Assembly: GCA_017656255.1 (NCBI GenBank)
Contig: JACDOE010000010.1
Span: forward strand, 36,400 to 100,399
DNA: 64,000 nucleotides
Origin: Bacillaceae bacterium
GTDB lineage: Bacteria > Bacillota > Bacilli > JACDOE01
Reading direction: 5' to 3'
The translations under genes and the position numbers were made by a program. Below the pieces are notes generated by a model. It ran no database searches. It was given only the letters and a program-made list of their open reading frames with translations, and had not been told where the DNA came from. Positions 9,563 to 18,346 of the stretch are shown in pieces (position 1 is the first letter of the stretch; each line of letters starts with the position of its first letter).

Positions 9563-10869
9563 CCTCCAAAAATTTCATTTTTATAATCTTCGGGCATAAA
9601 GTATCTATCTATAGAGATTTTTTTATTTCTAATTCCATTAATTATATCAGAGATCACTGATAATTCTGTACCATTTCCGTTATTATCAAATAAAATTATT
9701 TGCTCTGAAGCTTCACGTTCGCCTTCTTTTTCATCCGTTTTGGGCGTATGAAAAATATAGGGATCTTTGTATGAACTACTTTTAGCTTCGTCCATTAGAA
9801 AGTAGTACTTAATTGGAATGCCTTTTTTGTTTGAATATTCGAATACCTCCTGCCAAAACTCCATAGGACTTTTGTCTGGAATGGAAACTGACTTAAAAAA
9901 CTTTCTTCTTAATAGTCGAGTACAAAGATCGCTCAATATCGAATCTTGGTGTCTACTCCATATCGAAATAAAATACCAAATCGTATTATCTGTTAAATTA
10001 ATATAATTATGTAGTGTTTCTTTAAGGTTGCCTTTTTCTGATAAAATCCGAATCAAATCTTCAGGAAATTCAATCTCCTGTTTTTCTTGAAAAATCTCAT
10101 AAGCTCTATTAAATATTTTATCTACTAGTAGTTCAGCGCTCCGAGTTGTTTTGTGAAAATACACATTCATATACATATAGTACCTTGCCATAACAAAATC
10201 TTCGGCTATACTAATACCTTTTTCAAGATCTAACCCTACCTCAATTTGACCATTATATTCACCGATTCTCAATACATTTATCATCCATTCAAGATCGAAT
10301 GAACCGTAGCCTGCACCAGTCATTTTAGAGTCTCTTAATAAATAATCAATTCTATCTGTATCTAACTGACTTGATAACAATTTCACAAGAGCTTTGGATC
10401 TATGAGTTCGTTGAATAACATCAGCAACTTCATCTGGGTCCACATTGTACTTTTTGAGAACGCTATTGATTTCTGTATCCCCACGTATTATTTCTATTGT
10501 CCACTTTTCATGTCTAACGCCAGTTGTTTTTTCTAAAGCATGGGAAAAAGGGCCATGCCCAATATCATGTAGGAGTGCTGCAGTTAATGCTAACATTCTA
10601 TTATCAGCTAGCTCTTGAGAATATTGTTTGTATTGTTCATCCTTTAAGCTACATATCTTATTAATAAATCTTTTAGTTAAATGTGTCACACCAATAGAAT
10701 GAGCAAACCGAGTATGTTCGGCTCCTGGATATGTAAATGACGATAATCCAAGTTGTTTTATATGGCGTAGTCTTTGAAATTCTTGGGTATCTATTAATTC
10801 CAAAAGCAAAGCATCTGATTCTTTATCAAAATGAATAATATTATGTACGGGATCACGAATAGTTTTCAC
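9559..10869 (-). CDS. HD-domain dNTP triphosphohydrolase-like protein (dGTPase/SAMHD1 family)
   Basis: Motifs RFAHSIGV, LLHDIGHGPFSH, DTDRIDYLLRD characteristic of HD dNTPases; 436 aa. Confidence 0.7.
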   Translation of the reverse strand: MKTIRDPVHNIIHFDKESDALLLELIDTQEFQRLRHIKQLGLSSFTYPGAEHTRFAHSIGVTHLTKRFINKICSLKDEQYKQYSQELADNRMLALTAALLHDIGHGPFSHALEKTTGVRHEKWTIEIIRGDTEINSVLKKYNVDPDEVADVIQRTHRSKALVKLLSSQLDTDRIDYLLRDSKMTGAGYGSFDLEWMINVLRIGEYNGQIEVGLDLEKGISIAEDFVMARYYMYMNVYFHKTTRSAELLVDKIFNRAYEIFQEKQEIEFPEDLIRILSEKGNLKETLHNYINLTDNTIWYFISIWSRHQDSILSDLCTRLLRRKFFKSVSIPDKSPMEFWQEVFEYSNKKGIPIKYYFLMDEAKSSSYKDPYIFHTPKTDEKEGEREASEQIILFDNNGNGTELSVISDIINGIRNKKISIDRYFMPEDYKNEIFGG

Positions 10870-10917
10870 ATTATCACCCCATTATAAAACTCTTTAATTA
10901 TTATCTAACTCGACAAA

Positions 10918-11556
10918 CTAGAATGCATTGTGTTTTCCCATTTGTCTCAGTACTTCTAATCTATCTAAACAACTTGTACATAATAAGCAATGTCGATCCC
11001 CTAAAGCATTACAAGAAAAGGTTTTTTCTATTGGTACTGACATGTTAATTGCCTCATCAATTACAATCTGTCTGTCTAAACCCACAAATGGAGTGATCAA
11101 TTCAAATTCATGAAGTGATTCTGAAAGAGTAGTAGATATGCTCTCTATAAATGACTTACTTGTATCCTTATAAGATCTTGACCCAGTCACACCTATTGCT
11201 ATTTTTCGTATATCGTTTTTATACGCATATGCTCCAGCCAAAGATATTAAAATCATATTTCTGTTCGGAAAAAACTCGGTATTAAACCATTCTTCTGCTG
11301 AATATCCTGATTGAGGACTATCCCCCACAAGTGATCCAGAGCCAAGGTGCTTCATATTAGAAATGTCTAAAAATAAGACTTTATCCGCATACTCATTTCC
11401 TATTATTGATTTAATTGCTCTAATTTCGCCAGACACTGTTACTTGCCCATAGTTAATATGAATAGGGAATATATCGTATTTTCTTTTTCGCAACCAATAA
11501 TAAAGAACAACAGAATCAATGCCCCCTGATAATAATAATACGACTTTTTTTCTCAT
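10918..11556 (-). CDS. QueC-like PP-loop ATPase (7-cyano-7-deazaguanine synthase family)
   Basis: PP-loop SGGIDS near the N-terminus and a C-terminal Cys cluster (C-x8-C-x2-C-x2-C) as in QueC. Confidence 0.75.
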   Translation of the reverse strand: MRKKVVLLLSGGIDSVVLYYWLRKRKYDIFPIHINYGQVTVSGEIRAIKSIIGNEYADKVLFLDISNMKHLGSGSLVGDSPQSGYSAEEWFNTEFFPNRNMILISLAGAYAYKNDIRKIAIGVTGSRSYKDTSKSFIESISTTLSESLHEFELITPFVGLDRQIVIDEAINMSVPIEKTFSCNALGDRHCLLCTSCLDRLEVLRQMGKHNAF

Positions 11557-12818
11557 AATATATACAACTTCTCTATTAATTCTTCAATAGATTCAACTAT
11601 AACATTACAACCATAAACTAGCATATTATTTAATTCAAACTGTGAGGTTTTTAAAGCAATTATAGGGATACCTCTTTCATAAGCAAACCCAACTTCAAAA
11701 CATGTACCCGGATCATTATGATCTAACAATGCTACCACAACATCAGATTGTCTTATCAAGTCAAGATCTTTATCAAAAATATTTTTGCGTTCATCCATTG
11801 GTGTGTCTTTCTTTATAATTCCATTTTCTCGTAGAGGTGATAAAACTTTAAATCCACAATTTTCTATTCTATTCGTTATTAATTTAACCCAATCCTCTTC
11901 CTGTTTACTAAAAAATGGACCTGCCAAGTAAACGCTTTTGTCTGAATTACCAGATACAACAATTTCTCTTCTGTCCATATCTTCTTCTACCGCTACTCTA
12001 TTTATTATATTTTCAATTGTAAAATTCTCAATGAAGTTAGCAGCAACACAACTTGCTAACCTCGTACTATACTCAATATCCCTCGTCCTGAGAAATGTAG
12101 CAGCTAATGCACCACCAAAAACATCACCAGAGCCTAAAGTGCATTTAACATTACTTTTATACGCCGGTATATGTATAGTCTTTCCTTCGTTTACTAGAAT
12201 ACAACCTTTATATCCTCTTTTTACGATTATGTACTTAGGCCCCATATGAATTAACTTTTCAATAGCATTCTCTAAAGTATTTGCTTGAGTTAATAATAAA
12301 ACCTCTTCCTCATTTACTAAAAGTACAGATACATATTCTAAAATTTTTCTAGCATCATGAATTGATTTGCTATTTGGTTTTGGGTCAAGAAAAACAGGAA
12401 TATTTTTTTCACATGCTTGCTTACATAAATCTTCCGGAAGCGAGTGATCCACTGGAAATACTAAGATACCCTCACATTCATCACTTAGCTGTGGATTATA
12501 TTCAATACCGATTTTAACATCTATCAAAGGAGTACTTTTTTTAACTTCATAAGCTTTATAACCTTTTACTAAATATTTTGGCAGACAATAATTTTCCATA
12601 TATTTAGCACTCGAAAAACTTACACCCATTAAGTTCCATATTTTTATACTATATGAATCGATTTCGGGCCCGTATACTGTCATAAACTCAACATTGATGC
12701 CTTGTTTTGCTGCAGATATTGATGCATATAAACCGGCTCCCCCAAATCTATCGATAATCTTTGTATCATAATCTAATAATAAGTCAATACCTATCTCTCC
12801 GTATACAGCAATATTCAT
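11553..12818 (-). CDS. PfkB-family kinase fused to a nucleoside 2-deoxyribosyltransferase-like domain
   Basis: N-terminal ribokinase-like motifs (GGAGLY; TLGSGDVFGGALAA); C-terminal NDT/Rcl-like motifs (VYLAGPFF; DPGTCFEVGFA with putative catalytic Glu). Start set at the internal Met with a GAGGTG RBS; the track ORF runs to 12866. Confidence 0.6.
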   Translation of the reverse strand: MNIAVYGEIGIDLLLDYDTKIIDRFGGAGLYASISAAKQGINVEFMTVYGPEIDSYSIKIWNLMGVSFSSAKYMENYCLPKYLVKGYKAYEVKKSTPLIDVKIGIEYNPQLSDECEGILVFPVDHSLPEDLCKQACEKNIPVFLDPKPNSKSIHDARKILEYVSVLLVNEEEVLLLTQANTLENAIEKLIHMGPKYIIVKRGYKGCILVNEGKTIHIPAYKSNVKCTLGSGDVFGGALAATFLRTRDIEYSTRLASCVAANFIENFTIENIINRVAVEEDMDRREIVVSGNSDKSVYLAGPFFSKQEEDWVKLITNRIENCGFKVLSPLRENGIIKKDTPMDERKNIFDKDLDLIRQSDVVVALLDHNDPGTCFEVGFAYERGIPIIALKTSQFELNNMLVYGCNVIVESIEELIEKLYIL

Positions 12819-12823
12819 CGGTA

Positions 12824-13534
12824 TCACCTCACGAATTGAAAGTATCCGTTTCTCCCTAATATCCATAATAAATAGTCCATCTTACCTAAAGGCACTCCAA
12901 TCTTCAAGCAAATAATTCGTAATGCTTCTTCATATTGTAAGTAAACCTTTTCTGTTATGTTTTTAGGAATATTATATCCTAAGTAACCAAGAAATCTTAG
13001 TATATGGATATCCAGTACTGCACAATCATTATTAAATCCTGTATTCCTTAATAGCCAACTAGCTGATTTCATGCCAATACCTGGACATTCACATAGCCAT
13101 GTTCTAGCATCAAATGAATTAAGTTCATTAAGTTTATCAAATAATCTCCAGTGACAGTTCTCCCAAAGCCAATATCCAGCCTTGGATATAACCTTAGGCT
13201 TCGTTTCCACAAATCTATATTTTCTGAACTGGCCGTTACAAGTAATGGGATAAAACTGCTTTTTTGATAACTCTCTCTTTATTACATTTTCAATTATATA
13301 TAAGTTAGATATAGAGGAATAATATTTTGCTTCGATTAACCCTTTATTCTTTAATACATGTAAACCTGATTTGTTTAACTCATAACTGATTCCAAATCCT
13401 CCAAGAACTACGAAAAAAAATTCATCTATAACTTGTTCATTAGATTTTGAAACAAACGAAAACTCTCTTTCAATTGCAATACCATAAGTTTCCCAAAGTT
13501 CTTTTAACACATTGAATGCTCTAGTATTTTCCAT
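12824..13534 (-). CDS. Ogg-type HhH-GPD DNA glycosylase-like protein
   Basis: Helix-hairpin-helix with Lys (CPGIGMKSASWLL) followed by an Asp motif (VLDIHILR), matching the 8-oxoguanine glycosylase/AP lyase pattern. Confidence 0.6.
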   Translation of the reverse strand: MENTRAFNVLKELWETYGIAIEREFSFVSKSNEQVIDEFFFVVLGGFGISYELNKSGLHVLKNKGLIEAKYYSSISNLYIIENVIKRELSKKQFYPITCNGQFRKYRFVETKPKVISKAGYWLWENCHWRLFDKLNELNSFDARTWLCECPGIGMKSASWLLRNTGFNNDCAVLDIHILRFLGYLGYNIPKNITEKVYLQYEEALRIICLKIGVPLGKMDYLLWILGRNGYFQFVR

Positions 13535-13540
13535 ATCACT

Positions 13541-13891
13541 TTACGCCTCTACCTCTACTGTAACCTTCGGGTCATGTTGATTCCCTTCTTTTTTTATTAC
13601 AACCCCCTTGTATTCCCACCCTTCTTCAATACATTTTAAGAGCCAACTGTATTTTGGAGGAACGACCCCTATACTAAAATTATCTTTTTCTTTTTTTACT
13701 TCCATGACCGGCAATGTATCATCATTTCTTAAGATAATAGACACTTCATCATTCACAGAAACATTTCTCCACACTGCTTTTTGATTCTCATTAACAATTA
13801 ATAAAATTGTAACTTTTTCACCGCATCTATTTACTGTTTTTCCAGTTCCTCCTCCAAAACCACCAAATGATGAAAAGCCACCACTTCCCAT
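13541..13891 (-). CDS. Small protein with glycine-rich N-terminus (unknown function)
   Basis: 116 aa; N-terminal GSGGFSSFGGFGGG; strong RBS (TAAGGAGGA); first or second gene of the block B operon. Confidence 0.4.
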   Translation of the reverse strand: MGSGGFSSFGGFGGGTGKTVNRCGEKVTILLIVNENQKAVWRNVSVNDEVSIILRNDDTLPVMEVKKEKDNFSIGVVPPKYSWLLKCIEEGWEYKGVVIKKEGNQHDPKVTVEVEA

Positions 13892-14024
13892 ATAAATCCT
13901 CCTTACTAGTTATTTTTTTTTTTGCAATCTTTATAATACTCCAAAACTATTTATATTTAAATTAAATGAAATCTCATTTTGATCACTTCTTTTGTAAATT
14001 GTCTAATGTGCTTAGAATATGTTA

Positions 14025-14450
14025 TTATTTCTCTAGACCAAATTCTCTTTTTAATTTATTAAAGTCATATTCTTTTATTTCGATTGGGATACTAAGGTTC
14101 TTAAGTTTTGACATCAAATCGCTTTTATTAACAACAGGTTTGTCCTCGTAAACAATTGCGAATATCAATTTAAAATTATTTATTGAAGCACTGTCTAAAT
14201 TTTTAGCTGTCTGATATAACGATTCAATAACATTACGAGTTAACTTACCTCGTTTATTATATTTTATCTCAAATCCATAAGTTGAATTATCAGTTTTACT
14301 AATACCATCAATTTCAATTAACTTATCAGAAGATTTAAATGCCATGTGTCTCTGAATAGGAATTTTAAATTCTTGTTCAAGTTTCCTAAACACCAAATCT
14401 TCAGCTAAAAAGTATTGCATTTTGGGATCAACAGTCACTTTGGAAGGCAT
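14025..14450 (-). CDS. Hypothetical protein, possible PD-(D/E)xK-like fold
   Basis: 141 aa; spaced D...E-x-K residues (IEIDG, FEIKY); weak RBS; in-frame open sequence upstream without an ATG suggests possible truncation. Confidence 0.3.
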   Translation of the reverse strand: MPSKVTVDPKMQYFLAEDLVFRKLEQEFKIPIQRHMAFKSSDKLIEIDGISKTDNSTYGFEIKYNKRGKLTRNVIESLYQTAKNLDSASINNFKLIFAIVYEDKPVVNKSDLMSKLKNLSIPIEIKEYDFNKLKREFGLEK

Positions 14451-15283
14451 GTCTAACGTACCCGCTTTATCCTCTTCAATATTATTATCACTAGAAGATT
14501 CTTCAAGCTCTGCTTCTGCTTTCTTTCTTTGTGAATCACTAGTTAATTTTAAGAAATTCCCTTCATCCTTAAAATCACTTGGCGCATATAATTTGGTATG
14601 ATAAAAATCACAAGTCTATAAAATGTAAATAAAACAAGTAAAGGGAAAATTACTATGAAACACACAAGGAACCATTTTTGAGAAACATTTAATTCCGAAC
14701 TAAATTGAAGTACTAATGCTGCTATTCCATAAATTAGTGATATAAATAATGCAATGATACCTAAGGGGTTCTTTGTAAAACCTGATGCACTTCTCGTGAA
14801 TTCTATTATTATCGCTCACCTTCCTTGTAAAAATTTTAAAATGATGCCAACGTTACTCATTCTTAATACCAATCCAAATCATATCCGTGGACAAAAATGG
14901 CTGGAAAATATAAAACATGTCTGAGTATCAAAAAATTAATCTTTTAATATAACATTCTTCTCTTTTTTCTCATTAACTCCTCCTAGCTTTTGTGCACACC
15001 AATATATTAAAAAACAATCTTCAAAACTATACTTACTCCTTTTAGATCAAAGATCAAAAAATCCCTAACAAAAAAATTAGTGTTTATTCTCAATTGTATT
15101 TCGGTAAAAAAACAGATAATCCCTTTTAGGACAAATAAAAAATAATTAGTAAGGATATCACTCTATACTATATACTTATCTGAATTAATAGGTTTAATTG
15201 GTTTTATAATTATCTTCTTTTAGCTATTTGAAACCCCCCCTGACCCAGCACCACACCAGCATTCTTCCGACATCGCTTCGTGT

Positions 15284-15561
15284 TCACAACCTCTTGACGA
15301 TATGCGCCACCAGGCGAAGGTTATGTTCGATCAGCATATTTCGCGCCTCAACATCTCCCTGTTCCATCAAGCGTAAGTATTTCTCCTCGTCTTCTTCCGA
15401 CAGTGGCTGGGGAAAGGCATTGTTCTTGACGTAGGAGACGAACAGAATCAGTTCTTTGTACAGAAGCGCCAGTAACCCGAGCAGTCCAGACACCCGATCC
15501 CACCTCCAGGAATAGTGCTTCATTTATGCCTATTCCCTTTTGGGCTTGTTTGTGTCTGTAC
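15284..15561 (-). pseudogene. sigK: Orphan sigK 5' fragment (36-bp leader plus codons 1-77, then VKRL-stop)
   Basis: 15292-15561 matches 8654-8925 of the intact sigK with 4 mismatches, all synonymous or in the leader; homology ends at codon 77/78. Confidence 0.85.
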
Positions 15562-15742
15562 CGGAGATTTGTTTTTGCTCTTTTGTTAAAAACTGTTTAA
15601 GCATTTTTAACACTAGCGTTCTCAAATAAATTTAATGTTTCTGTCCTTCACTTCTTTTTTCTACAAGTAAACAAACATCCCGCAATACCTTAATAGTAAT
15701 GCGGGATATTATGAGAACCTTTTAGACATACCCTTCTTTACC

Positions 15743-18346
15743 TTATAACCTCGGGTCAATTTCTTTCTCTTTACTTACTTCAAATAGCATGTTAGCAACC
15801 ACCTGTTTATATTTATGATCTGACTCATTTATTTTATCTAAATGAAAGGCCAACATCTCTTTCCCAAGTTTGAATTCATTGATAGAGGTTTTTAGTTTCT
15901 TTGAAATATTTTTTTGCTTTAAAAGCTTGGCATATTTGTGTGGAAAGCGATAATCATATCCATAAACAATGGTTAAATAATCTGGATTGCGAACTTTCAT
16001 ATAAGGGGCAGTATCATCTGCCAATTTTTCAGGTTTAATCACGACACCTTCCATTTTTCTTTCTGTTGTCAAAGTCTTAAAAAAGGTTAAAGCTTTTTCA
16101 TAATAATCCTGTTCGTTTAAATCGATCAACATAAATTCATCATCAGATACAAACTTAAAAATTTCCGATGTTGATTCTGCAGGGATGATCTCTTCTCCAT
16201 TTTCCTTGACCATTTTTAAAATATTAAATGGTTTATAGTTAATCTCATCATCCTTTGCATAGAGCTCGATTTGTTCATGATATTTTTGATGGGCTTCCAC
16301 ATGTTTTTCTATTGGTTCATATGACTTTAACATAGTTTGCAACGCCTTATAAGTCTGGTAAGTGGCACCGCCAAACTTTTTAATCAAATCTTTCTTAGAC
16401 ATTGTTTGCTGATCGACTTCATAGTCACTTGATTTATATTGCTCAACAAGTTTTTGAAAGTGGGCATCAAAGCCTTGCTCCTTTAAAAAATCCAACTCTG
16501 TTTGTAAAGCTCTGTCTATAGTCCTAAATTGCTTTTCAATCAATTCCTCTCCCAAAATAGACCAGGGCAGTAATTCACCATCAAACACGATTGTTTTTAT
16601 TTTATTCTCTTTCATGTAATCCGAAAATTTATTTAACAGATTATCATATACCGGAGACAAATCCACTTTCTTAATTTTAAATCCATTTCGACTCACTGCA
16701 TAACATTGATCTAGTTCCCTTGCTAAGTAAATGTTACATCTTGACCCCATGTACTTCGGTTGCAAAACCACTTTATGGACGCCTTTTCTCTTAAAATACA
16801 ACAACCCCTGTTTTAAAGATTCCAATTCATTGCTATCCAAATCTTTGTCAGCCGGCGACATGGTACCAGAAATATAATTAATCTTATTTTTCAAGACATA
16901 ATTAAGGCGCTTTTGGTCCTGTTCATGTAAATCCTCGATGTTAACATGTTTATCTCTTTGTTTAAATAAAGTAGGTAAAGGTTCGTTCCAGTATTTACTA
17001 GTGCTTGTAATTCGCTGCTGTTTAAAAAACGGTCTCCAGGAGTCAATCACAACAGAAGAAAGAACATTTCCATTGGCAGCTCCCGTATCAATGTTAATCT
17101 TATTTTTAATTTGGACTATTTCTTTTACAGCAACATGTCCAAAAATATGATACGGATGATTTCCAACACTCTCTGACTCCAGAAAGTGCAATTGCTCCTC
17201 GTAGGGTTTTTCTCGATCAAGAACAAAGCTTCTTTGCTTTTTCAGAGACGTTTTATCTAACTTCCCTATATATTTGTTTTGACACGGAGCATGTGTCACA
17301 TAAAAGGAAGGCTTTTGTAATCCAATATACCTGTAGAATTCTTTCGAAGATTCAACGAGTCGGAAAAATTTGTGTTTTAAATCCTCATCCTTTTCAAAGA
17401 TTTCTATAGAGTCAAAGTAGTTGTCTAGTAAACTTGAATCTACTGAATTCTTATCAATTTCACCTTTCAAGTATTTGTAAACAAAATTCTCATGATTTCC
17501 TTTTACAAGCACAAAATGATCCATATTTTGTTCAATAAATTCTACCGTCTCTTTGGTAGCATTTCCTTTGTCAATCCAGTCTCCGTTAAGAATAATTTTA
17601 TATTCATCCGTTTTTTCAGTGGATAAAATACGATTATTTTCAATATTAAACCCATAGCTGATAAGCAGCTTTTTTAAATCAGCCACTTTTTCATGAACAT
17701 CTCCAACAATTATATATTTGTGTTCCTGCGGCAAAATATGACTGAGATAATGATCTAAATCCTCTATCATAATTTTATAATTTGCATTCGGTTCATTGGT
17801 ATCAGGGTTATAGAAATCCCGCTCCCTAATTTTGTGTATTCGACGAAATTTTGACTTTGAAATTTGTTTCAGAACCTCTCTTTTGAGACGAGTGACATGA
17901 TTTGAAATTAATCGTCTTGAACCACCTGAAGCATAGAAATCTTCTCTATTTTTAAAATCAAAAAGTATAGCTTCCAGGTTATATTGCTTTTCTTTAGCAA
18001 TTTCCATGATTTGCTCACGGAATTCTTCTGAAAGGCCAATTGTATCAACAATGACGAACTCGGCGTTAATTGGAAATGACGTAACGGCTTTTAGTTTCTC
18101 AAATAAAATATGAAAGGCTTGTTCGCTGCTTTCCATCATAATTCTGTCATGTTTGTCATATTCATGTCCCAAAATATCCTGCCTGATTTCATCAGAGGAA
18201 ATATATTGAACATTGGTTTTAAAGCCCCGATCCTTATCCTGAATAGAAAGTTGAGGCAACAATATTTCTTTAGCAAATGTTGATTTACCGGAATTAGTAG
18301 CACCAATTAACATAAATATGGTATGCATATTTGTTTTTAATTCCAT
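15743..18346 (-). CDS. pnkp: Polynucleotide kinase-phosphatase (Pnkp): kinase, metallophosphatase and ligase-like domains
   Basis: 867 aa; P-loop GATNSGKST; calcineurin-like GDVHEK and GNHE motifs; C-terminal domain with a KYMGSR lysine motif; size and order match bacterial Pnkp. Confidence 0.8.
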   Translation of the reverse strand: MELKTNMHTIFMLIGATNSGKSTFAKEILLPQLSIQDKDRGFKTNVQYISSDEIRQDILGHEYDKHDRIMMESSEQAFHILFEKLKAVTSFPINAEFVIVDTIGLSEEFREQIMEIAKEKQYNLEAILFDFKNREDFYASGGSRRLISNHVTRLKREVLKQISKSKFRRIHKIRERDFYNPDTNEPNANYKIMIEDLDHYLSHILPQEHKYIIVGDVHEKVADLKKLLISYGFNIENNRILSTEKTDEYKIILNGDWIDKGNATKETVEFIEQNMDHFVLVKGNHENFVYKYLKGEIDKNSVDSSLLDNYFDSIEIFEKDEDLKHKFFRLVESSKEFYRYIGLQKPSFYVTHAPCQNKYIGKLDKTSLKKQRSFVLDREKPYEEQLHFLESESVGNHPYHIFGHVAVKEIVQIKNKINIDTGAANGNVLSSVVIDSWRPFFKQQRITSTSKYWNEPLPTLFKQRDKHVNIEDLHEQDQKRLNYVLKNKINYISGTMSPADKDLDSNELESLKQGLLYFKRKGVHKVVLQPKYMGSRCNIYLARELDQCYAVSRNGFKIKKVDLSPVYDNLLNKFSDYMKENKIKTIVFDGELLPWSILGEELIEKQFRTIDRALQTELDFLKEQGFDAHFQKLVEQYKSSDYEVDQQTMSKKDLIKKFGGATYQTYKALQTMLKSYEPIEKHVEAHQKYHEQIELYAKDDEINYKPFNILKMVKENGEEIIPAESTSEIFKFVSDDEFMLIDLNEQDYYEKALTFFKTLTTERKMEGVVIKPEKLADDTAPYMKVRNPDYLTIVYGYDYRFPHKYAKLLKQKNISKKLKTSINEFKLGKEMLAFHLDKINESDHKYKQVVANMLFEVSKEKEIDPRL

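Larger units (their letters stand above)
8926..15291. other. AT-rich accessory block B, bracketed by direct repeats of the sigK 5' end
   Basis: Low GC by eye; bounded by 8654-8925 and 15292-15561; carries the 7-gene operon 9062-14450. Confidence 0.6.

Noticed and set aside
9062-14450. A complete type IV CBASS system
   Set aside because: QueC-like and Ogg-like genes are present but I found no CD-NTase-like nucleotidyltransferase, no TGT-like gene and no transmembrane effector, so the operon is reported as an unassigned candidate system instead.
14451-15283. Possible gene in the 830-bp AT-rich spacer between the operon and the sigK 5' fragment
   Set aside because: No ORF of meaningful length with an RBS on either strand; treated as noncoding or decayed DNA, though a short membrane peptide cannot be excluded.
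3545-15561. A skin-like, developmentally excised sigK intervening element
   Set aside because: sigK is intact at 8150-8887, the flanking fragments are non-complementary, the repeats are hundreds of bp long rather than short att cores, and no serine or tyrosine recombinase gene is present in the window. Kept as a finding about unusual architecture, not as a skin-type element.
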